From contig NMRA01000095.1 of assembly GCA_002633005.1 (NCBI GenBank), positions 1-64,000 of the forward strand: a stretch of 64,000 bases of DNA, read 5' to 3'. Positions 1-12,900 of the stretch are shown piece after piece. The first letter of the stretch is position 1, and every line of letters starts with the position of its first letter. The position numbers and the translations under genes are program-made. The notes under the pieces were generated by a model. It worked only from the letters and a program-made list of their open reading frames with translations. It did no database searches and was not told the origin of the DNA. Origin of the DNA: Phoronis australis. Taxonomy: Eukaryota; Animalia; Phoronida.

Positions 1-1959
1 ACATTCAGTCAATTCAGTCATGAATATACACGTGACCATGAGCCACCCGGAGCAAACAAACGTGAAGTATCTTACACGGGGGATCATTTTCTCTTTGGCA
101 TAACATTGAACAAAATGGAGCTAACTTAAGACCAAAAATGTGTTAGTACCAATTCATGAAATTAGACCAAGATTAAGACTTGTTACTAGGGCCTAAACTG
201 TTTCTTTTATTATTGCAGTACAACTAACCCTCAGAAACCAAATGTCACATTTTATGCAAATACAATTAACATAATTTTATCACCCAAAATATATTGTTTT
301 AAAAACTTCCAGCATGTACAGTAGTTTGGTACTTGTGTATGTTGTCGAAAGTGGTTCTAAGACTGGAGCTGACAGTTATCGTAGGCTAGGCTATATTCCC
401 GGCGTCAGTTCACGGCAAAAGTTCGCAGTGCACAAAGAATGATCAACGTATTAGTCAAATTTTGTTGGGAACCGTTCGATGAAAATAATGTCAAAATGAA
501 AATGCAGTAATGAAATCCAGCTTTATTTGATAACGATACTCTTCAACATTTGGATCAAATCTCAGTAGATTAGACAACCGAAAATTCACAACGCAAGCTC
601 TTGTGGCTAGCATCGGGGTCGCAAGCAGTAATAATGAAATGCATTGGTCATGTGTCGGAGCTGGTATTCCAGGCTTAGAGTTCTGTGATGAGGAGTTAAC
701 TCACAGCAGTTCCAAGTAAATAGTATAACCTCACATGGACACTACGCTTGTGACACAAAAAGACCACTGATGAAGATAGTACACTGTGTTTCAAGTTAAT
801 CATTTAAAAATGTACATTTAGTTAATCTCATGGTCAAACTCTTTCATTACTTTCTTATCTGCAGTCAGAGTTCTCTTTTCTGTGGTATCACTACATGTAT
901 GCCTATTTTTACATTCGCGCCATCTTTTAATTACCTTACTCAAAAGCGAGGCTTTGCGTCCTGCTCGTTGGCAAACACAGTGTTTTTCTGTGTGCACTGA
1001 TACGCCGTTAAATGTAACAATTGTTATAGTTTACGTTGCGAGGCCTCTCCTTAAATGTAACAAGCTGTTACGTTTTATGGAATTCTTTCATGGTATAGTA
1101 AAAAATTTGCAGCGTACAGTTTCAACGCCCCACCAAAGGAGTTTCCAGGAACAGGTAACAAGTTTTTACCGTAAAAGCTTTCTTGCAATCTTTTGTTGGC
1201 ACTCAAAAACCAATTGCGTATCCGACATTACGCTAAACACACTTATCTTGATAAGGACAACAATCACATCGTATTTGGCTAATACTTATTTTATTTCTTC
1301 GGCAACAAACGACAATAACAAAAATTGTCAAGGAGAATTCAATTTCGGAAGCCAATTTGACAGAAAAAACAAAACACCAGTTTTAGTCCACAATAGTTTG
1401 GTTTATTTCGGCCAGTGTTTTATTGCCTTGAAGTCATCGCTAATGCAGCTACCTGCTTCAGACAAAAAGAGACAAACTAAAGTTTCTGATGCCGGCGGGT
1501 TAGTTACGAATGACAATTTCTTAAAGAAATTGTGGTGGAAGGAAATAAAAGCACACAATTATTTGCCGACAGGTTGACAGATTTTTTCAAAGCAAGGGCA
1601 AAATATCGCCACTGAGAAGGGCGAGCCATTTGCTTAAAAAAGTGGCGGCATAGTAACGAAAGAAATATTCATTTGTTCCAATGATGTCAAGCTTGTCTGA
1701 AATAGTGGTGGTAACAACAGGTCACACCGTGACGTGTATAAGTAAAAATGGGATGCCTAGCTGGGGAAATAGAAAATATTTTGCACTCTGAAGGGACATG
1801 ATCATTTTGCTCAAACCTGGTCTAGGTCGATAGTTTAAAGGGGCAATAGTCCAAAAGCTAACTGTTGGCCCTTCGGACTACCAAAACATGAACTTTCCAT
1901 TATCTTTTAAGATAAAATGTGAATTAAAATTGCGATTTGGTCAATTCTTCTCACGGGCA

Positions 1960-4758
1960 TCGAATGAGATATCACGCTATGCTGGTTCAGCTGATGTGTC
2001 TTACTATTGTTTACATAACACCTGTATGGATTATGGAATCGTCATTGGCATGTGCCTCCTTTTAGCTAGCGATGTTGAAGAAAATGCTGGACCTGAAGAC
2101 AATACTACCTTTAAAATCTTATTTTCAAATATTAACATCATTAAATCAAACAATTTCTCCAGATTCCAACTTCTGAAAAACTTTGTTCTGTCTTACGATT
2201 ATACGATTGTCGCTCTTTGTGAAACTTGTAATGTTACCAAAGACGACCTTGATAATGAACTAATCATTCCTGGGCCCGGTCTCCAATCTCCGTACTCAGA
2301 CTCTACTCATACTCGAGATTTCATACTCAAAATCGTGCTCACTNGTCTGTACTCGAGTTGAGTATGAAGTGTGAGTTTGAGCATGATTCGAGTCTGAGTA
2401 CGGAGATTGGAGACCGGGCCCTGGTTACAGTGAAGCCTATCACAGTAACAGTGGCCGTGGCATCATCTTATTTGCTAAAAACACACTCTCATTTAAATTA
2501 TGTCCTAGCTTAACTTGTCCTAAGTTATGCAACTGCTGGATCGAAATTTATTACTATGGGTTGTTAAAGAACAACATACCACACGAACCAATTGGTAATA
2601 TGATCAAATCGACAGCGATAAATGGCGTCAGGATATCACCAACACTGACTGGGATTCCATATTGAACACTGGTGACATTGATGACATTTTGTCACTCTTC
2701 ACTAGTACTCTCTATAAAACTTTAAAAAACAACATCCCATCAACTGAAATGATAATTAAACACAACAGCCAACCGTGACTCAGCAATAATGTTAAACGGG
2801 CAATCTGCACAAGAAACAGACTTTATAGCTCTTTCAGACGATCTAACAACACTATAATCTACAACAGATACAAGGAGCAGTCACGTCTGGTTGAAACTTT
2901 AGTAAATCAAAGCAAAGCTGATCACCGCCACAAGCTTTTTCAACAAATTAACAGCGCAAGCAAGAACTACAAAGAATACTGGAACGTCATCAATAAAATA
3001 CGTGGCAGTCAACAACAATGCTCTTATCCTGTCATCAACCATAATGGTAACCTAGCCTTAAGTAGTAGTGACAAAAGTGATTTGTTTCTCCAATTTTTCA
3101 CGAACAAAAGCCACTACACCAACTAAAGTAGGTAACTTTCCCTTTCTTCGTGAAAGTTTTCTCAATCAACTGTCTGACATCTCGGCTAATCAAACTGATG
3201 TCCGGAAGTATCTCAATGAAATTGACCCCAATAAGAATGATGGCACAGCTTTAATAACCAGCAAGATGATCAAAATGATTACCAACGAAATTACCATGCC
3301 CCTGTCCAATCTGGTTAACAAACTTCTTCAGCTAGGTATATATCCGTCTTCTTGGAAACGCGGAATTACATGTATGATCCCTATACACAAAAAAGGCTCC
3401 AAAACTGAAATTTCAAGTTATCGCCTAATAACTTTACGTAACATCCTGTCCAAAATTTTCGAGAAGATCATTGCTCAATGTATTCTTACGTGGGAACAGC
3501 ACCGTGGCACAACTTGTTGAAATAGTACATGGGATTCACACAGGTCCATTTTTCTAGATATACCTTCTGCTTTCGACTGTGTCCCTCCCGACCTTCTACT
3601 TCACAAACTTCGATCCTATGGCATTACTGGTAATCTTTTAAACATGATCACCTCATATCTCTCCGAAAGAACATACAGTGTTCGTGTCGACGGCGTACTT
3701 TCAGCTTTATTCCCTCCTGGATTTGTAAACGCAGGTGTACGGCGGGGTAGTGTTTTGTGCCCTCTTCTCTTCTTGGTTTATATTAATGACCTTCCTGATA
3801 ACCTGTCATGTAGCACATACCTTTATGAAGATGACACGGCGCTTTTTTACCTCTTAGCAGGGAGAAGCCCTGCATGTTCTTTGCAGCTTCAACACGACTT
3901 AAATAAACCCAGTTATTGGTCACAAGAATGGAGAATGAATTTTAAACCAGAAAAAAGCGTTGACCTTACCTTCTCCAAAGAAGGTCATCGTATTGATTTG
4001 AGACCCTTCACCCCAAATGCAATTCCTCCGTCGTTCAGTAAGGCATTCAGAAGGTCTACAGTCATGATGTGCATCAACAACTGGAATTCTCTTCCATTCT
4101 TAATTTTAGAACTGTTTTTCATAATTTTGATAACTCAACACCCTTAACTCAATTCTCCCTTCCCCGCGATAACGAAATAACATTGTACAGATCAAGATGT
4201 GGCCTTTTCCTCAACACTGACAAGTTCAGGCACAATTTTAGTAATGTCTCTCCAAACTGTAAATGTGATGACCACCAATCTTATCCTCATATTTTCTTCA
4301 AATGTCCACCCATCGAATACCTGAGAGACTCACTCTTTCGTGCACTCAATGAAAACCAATCACGTGTTAACCCTCTCAATTCTTGTAATAATAGCCTTAC
4401 TAGAAGTACATTATTGGATGCTAATCCTAACCTTGACCTCGTTCTCAACGAATTCCTCCTAAGCAACGTTAGTAAATTTTTATGTACCGTTTACCAATAT
4501 TATTGCATCTGATTTCTATACATGAATCTGTACATATTTTTGTTTTTACATATTTGTAATAGCATGTCTAAGTATTGAAATACTTGTATTAGATAATACT
4601 TAATTGTATATATAGTTCCTCTATTTGTATATTAGTTTCATTTATGAATTGTTTACAACCAAGATATAATGCTTCGAGATATCTGGTTTTGTCATTATTT
4701 CTTTGTATGTTCTGTGTATTCTTCAAAAATATATATCACTTAAAATAAAACAAAAAAC
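1960..4758 (+). mobile_element. Decayed CR1/L2-group LINE ORF2 (2A-like peptide, AP endonuclease, RT, CCHC) with A-rich 3' tail
   Basis: APE motifs (NI, ALCET, IPGY once the MITE is removed); RT motifs PIHKKG..SYRLITL, LD..SAFDCV, GVRRGSVLCPLLFLVYINDL, YEDDT; CKC..HIFFKCP; stops, frameshifts and internal deletions; ends taaaataaaacaaaaaa. The 5' boundary is approximate. Confidence 0.9.
2273..2420. mobile_element. 148-bp MITE, probably PIF/Harbinger-type, inserted in the LINE endonuclease
   Basis: Perfect 31-bp TIRs (ggcccggtctccaatctccgtactcagactc, 2273-2303 / 2390-2420); flanked by CTG duplication; excision restores ATT CCT GGT TAC (IPGY). Confidence 0.9.
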
Positions 4759-4877
4759 TATGGAAAGCTCGATGATGATACTGAACCATAAATCAGATTA
4801 TTTTAAAATCTTTGAGGAAACTTGATGTATTAGCACTTTGCTAAACATGTATTGTGTCCTCCATAAATAAATTTAAA

Positions 4878-5015
4878 ATAATAATTATAATAATAACAAT
4901 AACGACGACGATAACGAATACGATAACGAGTAATACTAGTGATAGTAATAGTGGTACTAATAGTGTTAACGGTAGTAATAGTAATGGTAATGCAATACTA
5001 ATAAAAATTATAATA
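4878..5015. repeat. Degenerate (AAT/ACG/AGT)n trinucleotide microsatellite
   Basis: Runs of ataata, acgacgacg, agtaat. Confidence 0.8.
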
Positions 5016-6546
5016 GGTAGTCAAGTTCATGTCGTGCCAGGCTGTGTCACACATGTACCTATAGAAAATGTATAAGAAAAATGCAGCCCAAAAGGGTTTT
5101 TTTCGCAGAAAAAATGCGCTCCAAAATGGCGTCATTTTCCACAAAACTATATTTAAAAGGTGGCTTTCCTGAATTTCTGAAACAGAAGTGTGCAAAAATG
5201 GAATTTTTACACAAATTAGTCTCTAAATGGTCACTTTTTTGTTCGAGCCCACTCTCTAAACGGGTAGGTCTTCAAATTTTACATGCGGGACTCCTCGTCT
5301 AAAAATATTCTAGTACCCCATGATCGTGTCAGAAAGCACTTGTTTGTGAGTTTGGTCATTTTCTTTGCCATATAACGTGGGTTTCGTAAAATGTACATGT
5401 AACAATGGTACATTTCTCGCATGTGCTTCGACGTGAAGTGTAACAACAACGTAAAATTGAACAACTTGTTACATTTTAGGAGATGCTTAGCAACGGAAAA
5501 TGTAACAATGACGTAAAACGAAGCAGTTGTTATATTTTACAAAATTGTTTACATTTTACCGCGTACCAGTTAACTGAGCAACTACTCGAGCAAAAAGAAA
5601 GAAAAGAACTTAATACTATGTTTTCCTTTATACATTTCCGAGTAATGCCGAACTCAGAAAGTTATGATTCATACCATTAGAAGAAAACCTGTACTCGAAT
5701 TTAAAATGACATTTGGCGCTTGAAAGATCGCACTAACTGGCTTAGTAATGTGTCAACTTGACTCGAGGTGTCAGCGACCTAGATCTGTGGTACACTCTTT
5801 CACACTGCTACGAAAAGTAGCACTGTGGAATGTTGCTTAATATGGATTTTCATTGGTTAAAATAATGAAACCGACGACATAACATTCAGTTATTCCCATT
5901 GGAAGAAAGTTTGGGAAAACCCCTCTCAGTTTACTGGTCACTTAAGCCCAAGCAAGCACAATGCATAAAGGCGTGTGCAAGTGGTGATTGGTAAACTTCC
6001 GACTAGGCAGGGTCAGTCATCTAACCTGGCGAACCCTTCCCTAATTGTGTAATTAAAATTCCCATGTGGCCTTCGTGAGAGCTCCATAGTTTTTAAACCC
6101 TTCACACCATGGTGACAAATGCTTGAATTTGGTTACCAACAACTTTGGCAGAATGTTTTGCATTTCTTCTTCAATTTACGTACTTTTAATCAAGAAATAA
6201 ATGCAAACTATTAACTAATTAAAATTTTGTATGACGTCATCAGTGGATCGGGTATCCATCATTGTGTTGTTCTACACAAACCGAGACGCCGAATTGATAT
6301 AGAAAACTGAGTTCGACCAAGTATTATGAAGTTTCATGTACGTAGGATGCAGTAACACCAATGCGAAAGAGAATGTTTCGGATTTTGCGTTTCAATAGTT
6401 AATGACGGCAACGACAAATGATTTGGCAGGAATAGCATATTTAGCTCAAGTGCAAACTGGCGAATTTTTATGCTGTATAACCTTTGGGCGAGCCTTTGCC
6501 AGCTATAAGAGTTGAGGATAATGCAAACTTCTTTCTCTTCTACCAG

Positions 6547-6978
6547 GTTACAAATAAGTTTATAGAGGTTTTTGAAGAGAAAAGTGCCGTCGTTGAGTTT
6601 GCTGCAACCATTCCATTGATAGGTGTCAATTGCGGCCCAGGGAAAAAGTGTGGAGTAGAATTTCACCTCCAAACCTTGGAAACAACAAAAGAGCAAACAT
6701 GTGTTACAGGTTTTGAACCTAACTTGATCTCATCAAAGTACTCATGTAGTCCAAAATTTATCGTATCAACTCATGTCGGAGAACCTGATTTTATGTGGAA
6801 CAAAAACGTTCATGGAAAGTTCAACGTATCTATCAAGGCGTCGGTGGACGGTCAAGTTGGTGTGAATCGCAAGGCTGCGCTAAAATTGTCTACAACTATG
6901 CCCAATCCTGACGGGAAGGTTCATTTTTCGGAGGAAACCCATCCAGCATGGCTTCGTCATGTTGTTGGAGATGTCTCG
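6547..6978 (+). CDS. VWDE-like exon (pre-VWD region), VTNKFIEVFEEK...HVVGDVS
   Basis: Acceptor ctttctcttctaccAG, donor TCG|gtaagt; 432 nt, phase 0-0, open frame. Confidence 0.8.
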
Positions 6979-9900
6979 GTAAGTATAATAAATATTTGGA
7001 ATTTGGCAACTGAAGAAAATGTTTTCGATTGACTGTTTTAAACAGGTTTTCGTTCTCTGCAACGACTTTTTACGCGCATTGAATTTCAGTAGTAATATAT
7101 ATATTATATTTTATTTTGTTTTATTTGTAAATTAAAATACATTAAATGGAAATCTTGAACCCAGAAAGCACACCATTATATCCAGGCTTTTAACAATAAA
7201 ACAATGACTTACTCAAACAAAACATAAAATGGAGCAAATACAAGAAAAGTATAGAAAACAAAAGAAAAGAACAAAATCATAAAGGAGAAAGTGTTAACGA
7301 GAGAATAATAAACAAACACTTAAAATAAAACTGTAGTACTATCAGAATGCCACAGACTTGGTCACGGCATCTACCTGCATGTACTAGTAGTGTGGCATAT
7401 TGTGGTGGTCAAGGTGTATGCTAACGGGACGAGTTGCTACCACTTCCACTCTACAAGCCGATAATGACTCGTACAACTGTGATATATGACGGTGCGCAAC
7501 TGCATTGCATTAAATTTTGATCCCATTAAAATTACCACCTAGTCAGTTTCATGGTTGAGAAATGACCATGTGGTGCGAGAAATAATTTTTGTACTACCAC
7601 GGCCAAAACTGAAAGCATACCTTGACAGTTAAGCAGAATGCCATTCGGCTACATGTAGATCACATTAAATTCGACAGAAGGGCGTCCTGTTGGGTGATGA
7701 TGACTTGTACCATTTCCTATCGCCAGGAGACCATCTCTCGTCTCTTCGGTGGTAATCGCTTCTTTTGCTGCATGTTTCTAATCATTAGTCTCTGAGTCTC
7801 TAATTCTGATGCTATATCAGTCCATTACAATAAGCTTCTCGGCTAAAATGTCTCAAGAGACAAGGACATCTTTAAGGATGCACAGCATAGACAATCCTAT
7901 TCTAATGAGGCTTGAAAATGTTTTTGTTTTTAATTTTGGAGGGAGGTAAAAAGTGTTCTGATTAATTTGATCGTTATATTCATCTGAAGCAAAACTTCTG
8001 AGAAGTTTTTAAACAAAATTTCGCAGTAACTTCTTTAAAATCAAATTTTAAGAAGCAAAAGTATGGGCGACATATTTTTTGTCGCCTTGTATAATTTCTT
8101 CATTCCATCCAAAAGGCGGCATGTGTGTTTACTTTACTTGCAGGTGACGATTAAAGATCGTGATAAAAAGGGAACGTTAAACCGCATGTGCTCCTCATAC
8201 AACGACCCGCATGTGAGAACATTTGACGGTCGGTAAGTAAAGGTTATAAGGGTCTTTGAGTTCGTTTGAAAGAAAAACATTTTGTGTGTTTAACACATGA
8301 TATCAGTTGACATATCTAAATTTCAGTGAAACTTGACGCAAACATAGACAGGCGATGAAAAATCGCCGGCACCAATTGATCTTTGAGCAAAATAACCACA
8401 GCAGCAACCCCCCTCCCCCGGTGGCCATTTTGGTCTGGATTTTGAGCACTCATGGTGGAAAAAGTGTCCAGGTGATGCAGTATATCTAGAGAACCGATTG
8501 AAGGATTTCAATAAAACTTTACGCAGTAAGTGTAACGGCAATGCGCCCAAACCGATCGAGTCTTCGAGGAATTTGATTACTTTAGCACCCCCTATTTGCC
8601 GTTTTATTATAGACAGGCAACAATTTCGATACTTTTTCTTGAAAGAGCGTTTTCGAATGATTATCCAACAGATGGGATTGTTAGTGCCGTGTAACATAAT
8701 CTTGATTCCTTTGGAAATGTTTTGACACTACGTTGTCATATTTCAAAAAGAGTGAATTTTTAAAATTGACCTGGCCAATTTAATAACGATCATTCTCGCA
8801 TTAAGTTTTGACACTCGGCTTTGACGTTAGTTTGAGGATGCTTTACACTGGAGTCTCACTGTCAGACTCAGCGGCGAGACACTGACGATATAGTAGGTGG
8901 ATTAGGGGAGGGAGGGAGGAGGTATCCTCCCCTATTACCATCAACACCAAATGAAACAAACAACAAAGGAAAATTGGTATTGCAACACCGAAGGATAAAA
9001 CGTCGTGATTTCACAAGAAAACAGGTGACGACCAACGAAGACCTCAATTCATCTAACAGTGACCACCGGAGTCACTGTGCAAGATGTGTACAGCGGCTCC
9101 CTGCCAGTAGTCTGCCCCTGCTCTCACTCTCAATTATACATGTTCACAAGAATTTGAAAATCCCTCCTCCCTCCTGCTGGTAGGCCTTATCTGATTCGTT
9201 TCTCCCAGCCAGTTATTACGGGTATATGTTGCCCCGACCACCCCTATCGCTTGGACAACTCTAAAATTTATTCCCTGTTGCTTGGAACTAAACACATCAA
9301 TTCCACTTGTACGAATATTAATAAAAACACACAAGTAGAGACTATTTATAGTGACGCCCATTACCGGTTTTGAGTCCACTGCGATTATTAAGGGGCTGAC
9401 ATAAAAAGTTGGGGGGACATTAGACCCCGTTAAGATCCAGCAAACGGAACTGAAAAAACCTCCTTCCTGTAACTTTACGACAAGAATGCGGTCACATTTG
9501 AACAAAGGTGGTGCCCCGGGTATTCTTTAATCCGGAGGGAGTTCTTGGCGACCGCAAGCAAGTTGTCGAACGTCGGAGCCCGAGTTTTCTACAGGAGATT
9601 CGACCGAATTATTGAACCTCTTCGCAATGGTTACTCGCACGCGTTAACAAATCGTCTATTGTTGTTTCAGCGTTTTTTTGACGTCAAAGCTACGAGTTCA
9701 CAACAACTTTTGCTTGGTGATCTTTTTCTGCCACTTGTCGGGGTTTGGTCGTTATTCGTTATCGTCTGAGTGAGATGGGTTACTGTCGGTTCTGTTTCCA
9801 AACTATAAAAGTTTCATTATTGTTGGATGGGATCCGCACAAGAAACAAACGTTCCCGCCATGAAGGTCACGTATTGCCGTAATGAGGATTTTTGCCACTA

Positions 9901-12900
9901 GAGGTGGAATATTAAATTAAAGGTTATGTAAAGAGCGTAACAAAAAAAATTAATTGAAGACGAAATTAATTTCATTTTCATTTCCAACAGGCACATTGTA
10001 TAATAGTTTAAGAATGGCGTTTACAAGTGAATGTTCTTCTACACTTGTTTCTAAATTACCCAGAAGCTCCTGCGAGGTTTTCGATTAGGGCACTAGATCT
10101 GGTGTGTTACTGTGCAGGTTGTTATTGGTATTCAGGTAACTTCTAAGTCCAAGAGGCTGGGGACGCGTCGCATGTCAAGTTTATTTGTTTTTTCTGTCGT
10201 ATTCTGCCACGCATCCATGTTTTGTGTCGTATTGTGCGACGCATCCATATCATTATAAACATGACAAATTTTAGTTGACGAGAGGTTTGTCTTTTTCAGA
10301 GAATACGATGGTCAACTTGAAGGGGAATTTGTCTTGTACAAAAACACAAAGTATCCGTTCGAGGTAAGGGTGCTGGCTAAACTCGACAACACTGATAAAT
10401 GTCTGTACCCGACTTCACTGTTCTACCTGAGCCTTCAATCATACGATGACGCAAAACATACCTTTATATATGCATCTTTTGAAGAAGTGTATTGAGAACC
10501 AGTTGTCACCCATGCGCACACAGATTCAACTAGGGACGGGGAGGGCAATAAAATAGATATGAAAGCTTTCTAATTGAGCGTATTACAGCCACTAATCAAC
10601 CACCTGGTATTTACAATTATGAAGAAATTAACATTATAAAATTACCATTACAATAATTAAATACATCTATGTAATCATGATAAAACATGATATGGTGTAA
10701 TAAAGCTGTGTTTTAGACATGAAACTTATGTAGACTTAAAGAACATTTACAATTATATATAATGTGAACTAATCAAACATTATATCAATGCAACAGTGAT
10801 TAATAGCGATGCATGGCATAATGCTATACTGGATATGAATGAATTTAAAAGAATTCTAATTTCAGTGATATTTAAGTACCAACAAAAATTTGCTTTTGAT
10901 AGAGTTGTTAGTTTTGAGGCGTATTGTCCTGTTATGCCAAAGATTTTAATGAAACTGAAAAATCTGCACACAATTAAATTATAGTTCCAAAGTCTCAAAA
11001 GCGGAGACAAAATGGGCCAAAGAACTGAACGTAAATACAAATACTTTTCATGGGAAGATGTATATTCCCTTCTATATAACACAAGAGACACAAGAATTAC
11101 AGTAGGTGGCTTCAGTTCAGACTCTTGACGAGAATTTGGCTACTAACTCATTTCTAAAAACAATTCAAGTTGCGGATGACGACTGTTGTTCCTTTTGTGG
11201 ACAATCGAAAGAGACTTTGAAACGCTAATTTTGGGAATGTGAAACAGTAAATGCATTTTGGACAAAAATTAATAACGAAATTTTAAACAAAGCAAATTCC
11301 CAATGTGTCGACATTCTCTGCTGCAACAACGTTATTTTTGGCTGTTTTAATAAAAAGGAAAATTTTAAAAACATTGGTAAGCAGTTTATTCATACCCAAA
11401 AGTTCGGATCAAAAAATGACTTCAGAATTTGTACAGACAAGAAACGGTTTTTCTTAGTAGTCAAGATGATTAGTTGTGGGGTATGGGTGTGTGTGTATGT
11501 GAGTGCGCGCGTGCGTGTGTGTGACTGTGGTGTTCTTGTCTTTTTGTGGTATTGTAAATGTTTTCTAATTGCCAATAAATGTATAAAAAATTAACAGACT
11601 TAATGGCGTTTTTTCATCCGCTATGTTGGTAATCAAAAATCATATTAGTTTTGACAAAAACAAAACCGCTGGTGATTGATCTCACTAAAGCTTCAGGCCT
11701 GAGCACTTATAAAACTGGTCTAAGGTATCCAAATAGGTCTCAAAAGTCGTGAGAGAAATGACCAAAAGGAAATTTGTAAGAGAAAACTTGGTGGTTAACT
11801 CGTCCTTCAAATCTTATATGTTGAGTACGAGTGAGCTAAACTTGTATTATAATATCTTTGACTTATTTTCTGACTAGACTCATAAGTTAACATCGCCTTG
11901 TCTACTAGTGCGACAACCTTTAATTTCTGTCTTTCTGTTTGACTGAGTTTTGATGGAGTGTTGGAGTTATCAAACCAAGCCTAAGTTCTTTGCTTCGTTT
12001 TCGCTTTGAAGTTTTTGTTCATCAAGAAAAACTCTTGGGCCGCGATTTCCAGGGAAAATTAGTTAACAAACCTGACAGTTACATTGGCATTTTTATACGC
12101 ACAAACCCGTGACCGTCTGCGTCCACCAGAGTGTAGAAGCGAACTACTTGTTGCCAGTTACGATAAGTCTACTTGCAGACATATTTTCATTGTAGTAATC
12201 CTGTCATCTGTTTCACAAATTAATGTGGATTCTGCATGAATTTTTGTCGTGTTTTTTACGGTCTGGTTGGTTGCGCCCAGTGACACCACTTTGACAGTAA
12301 GTTCCAACAATTTACAGACGATTAGAATTCTCAACTTTTTTGCATGCTTTATGATTGTATGTTATGAGTTACAAATTGCTCGCATGAATGTATTCAGGAA
12401 TTTTCGTTAAGGGACGGAAGTCTTTAAAAATCTATGTTAACACGAATAAAATACATAAATACGCTCATATATCATGATAAACACTAAACTTCTTCTGAAG
12501 AAGGTGTTACAAAAATGACCCCGAAACAAGTCAAGGCGTCTTAAATCCGTTGTTGTTTTTATTTACATTTTTTCTCAGGAGGGACTGTTCTCGCTAGCTT
12601 CTTTTTCCCATTTCTTCACCTGTCCCAAGTTTGGTCGCCCTCCTACTCTTAGCACTGGATCTGCATATTTTACTAACGGTAGACACATTTGGGAGTTGAC
12701 CACAGGTGCCAACACAATGTAACTGAATGCGTTGTAGCAATCCGTGGGAGGCGGGCGCACCTAAGACCTGAACATGTGTTGAATACTGCAATAGTATTTT
12801 ACAACTTACTTGTGTTTTTTTTAATTAATTCCCAATTCCAAGGAGGATATAGGTACGCGGGCGCAATAATGCAATTGTTTCAAGCAACAGAACAGGTAAA

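Noticed and set aside
766-800. CTGATGA as a hammerhead core
   Set aside because: No stem II followed by GAAA.
882-1577. 231-aa ORF
   Set aside because: No recognisable motif, GTG start, and part of it (about 1011-1080) is an inverted homolog of 5455-5510, i.e. dispersed repeat DNA.
1-6546. Upstream exons or promoter of the VWDE-like gene
   Set aside because: No exon with convincing splice sites and family similarity was found; the 5' end probably lies before the window.
8974-9800. Cluster of ORFs on both strands
   Set aside because: No domain I can recognise and no consistent splice structure; probably transposon-derived but unclassifiable by eye.
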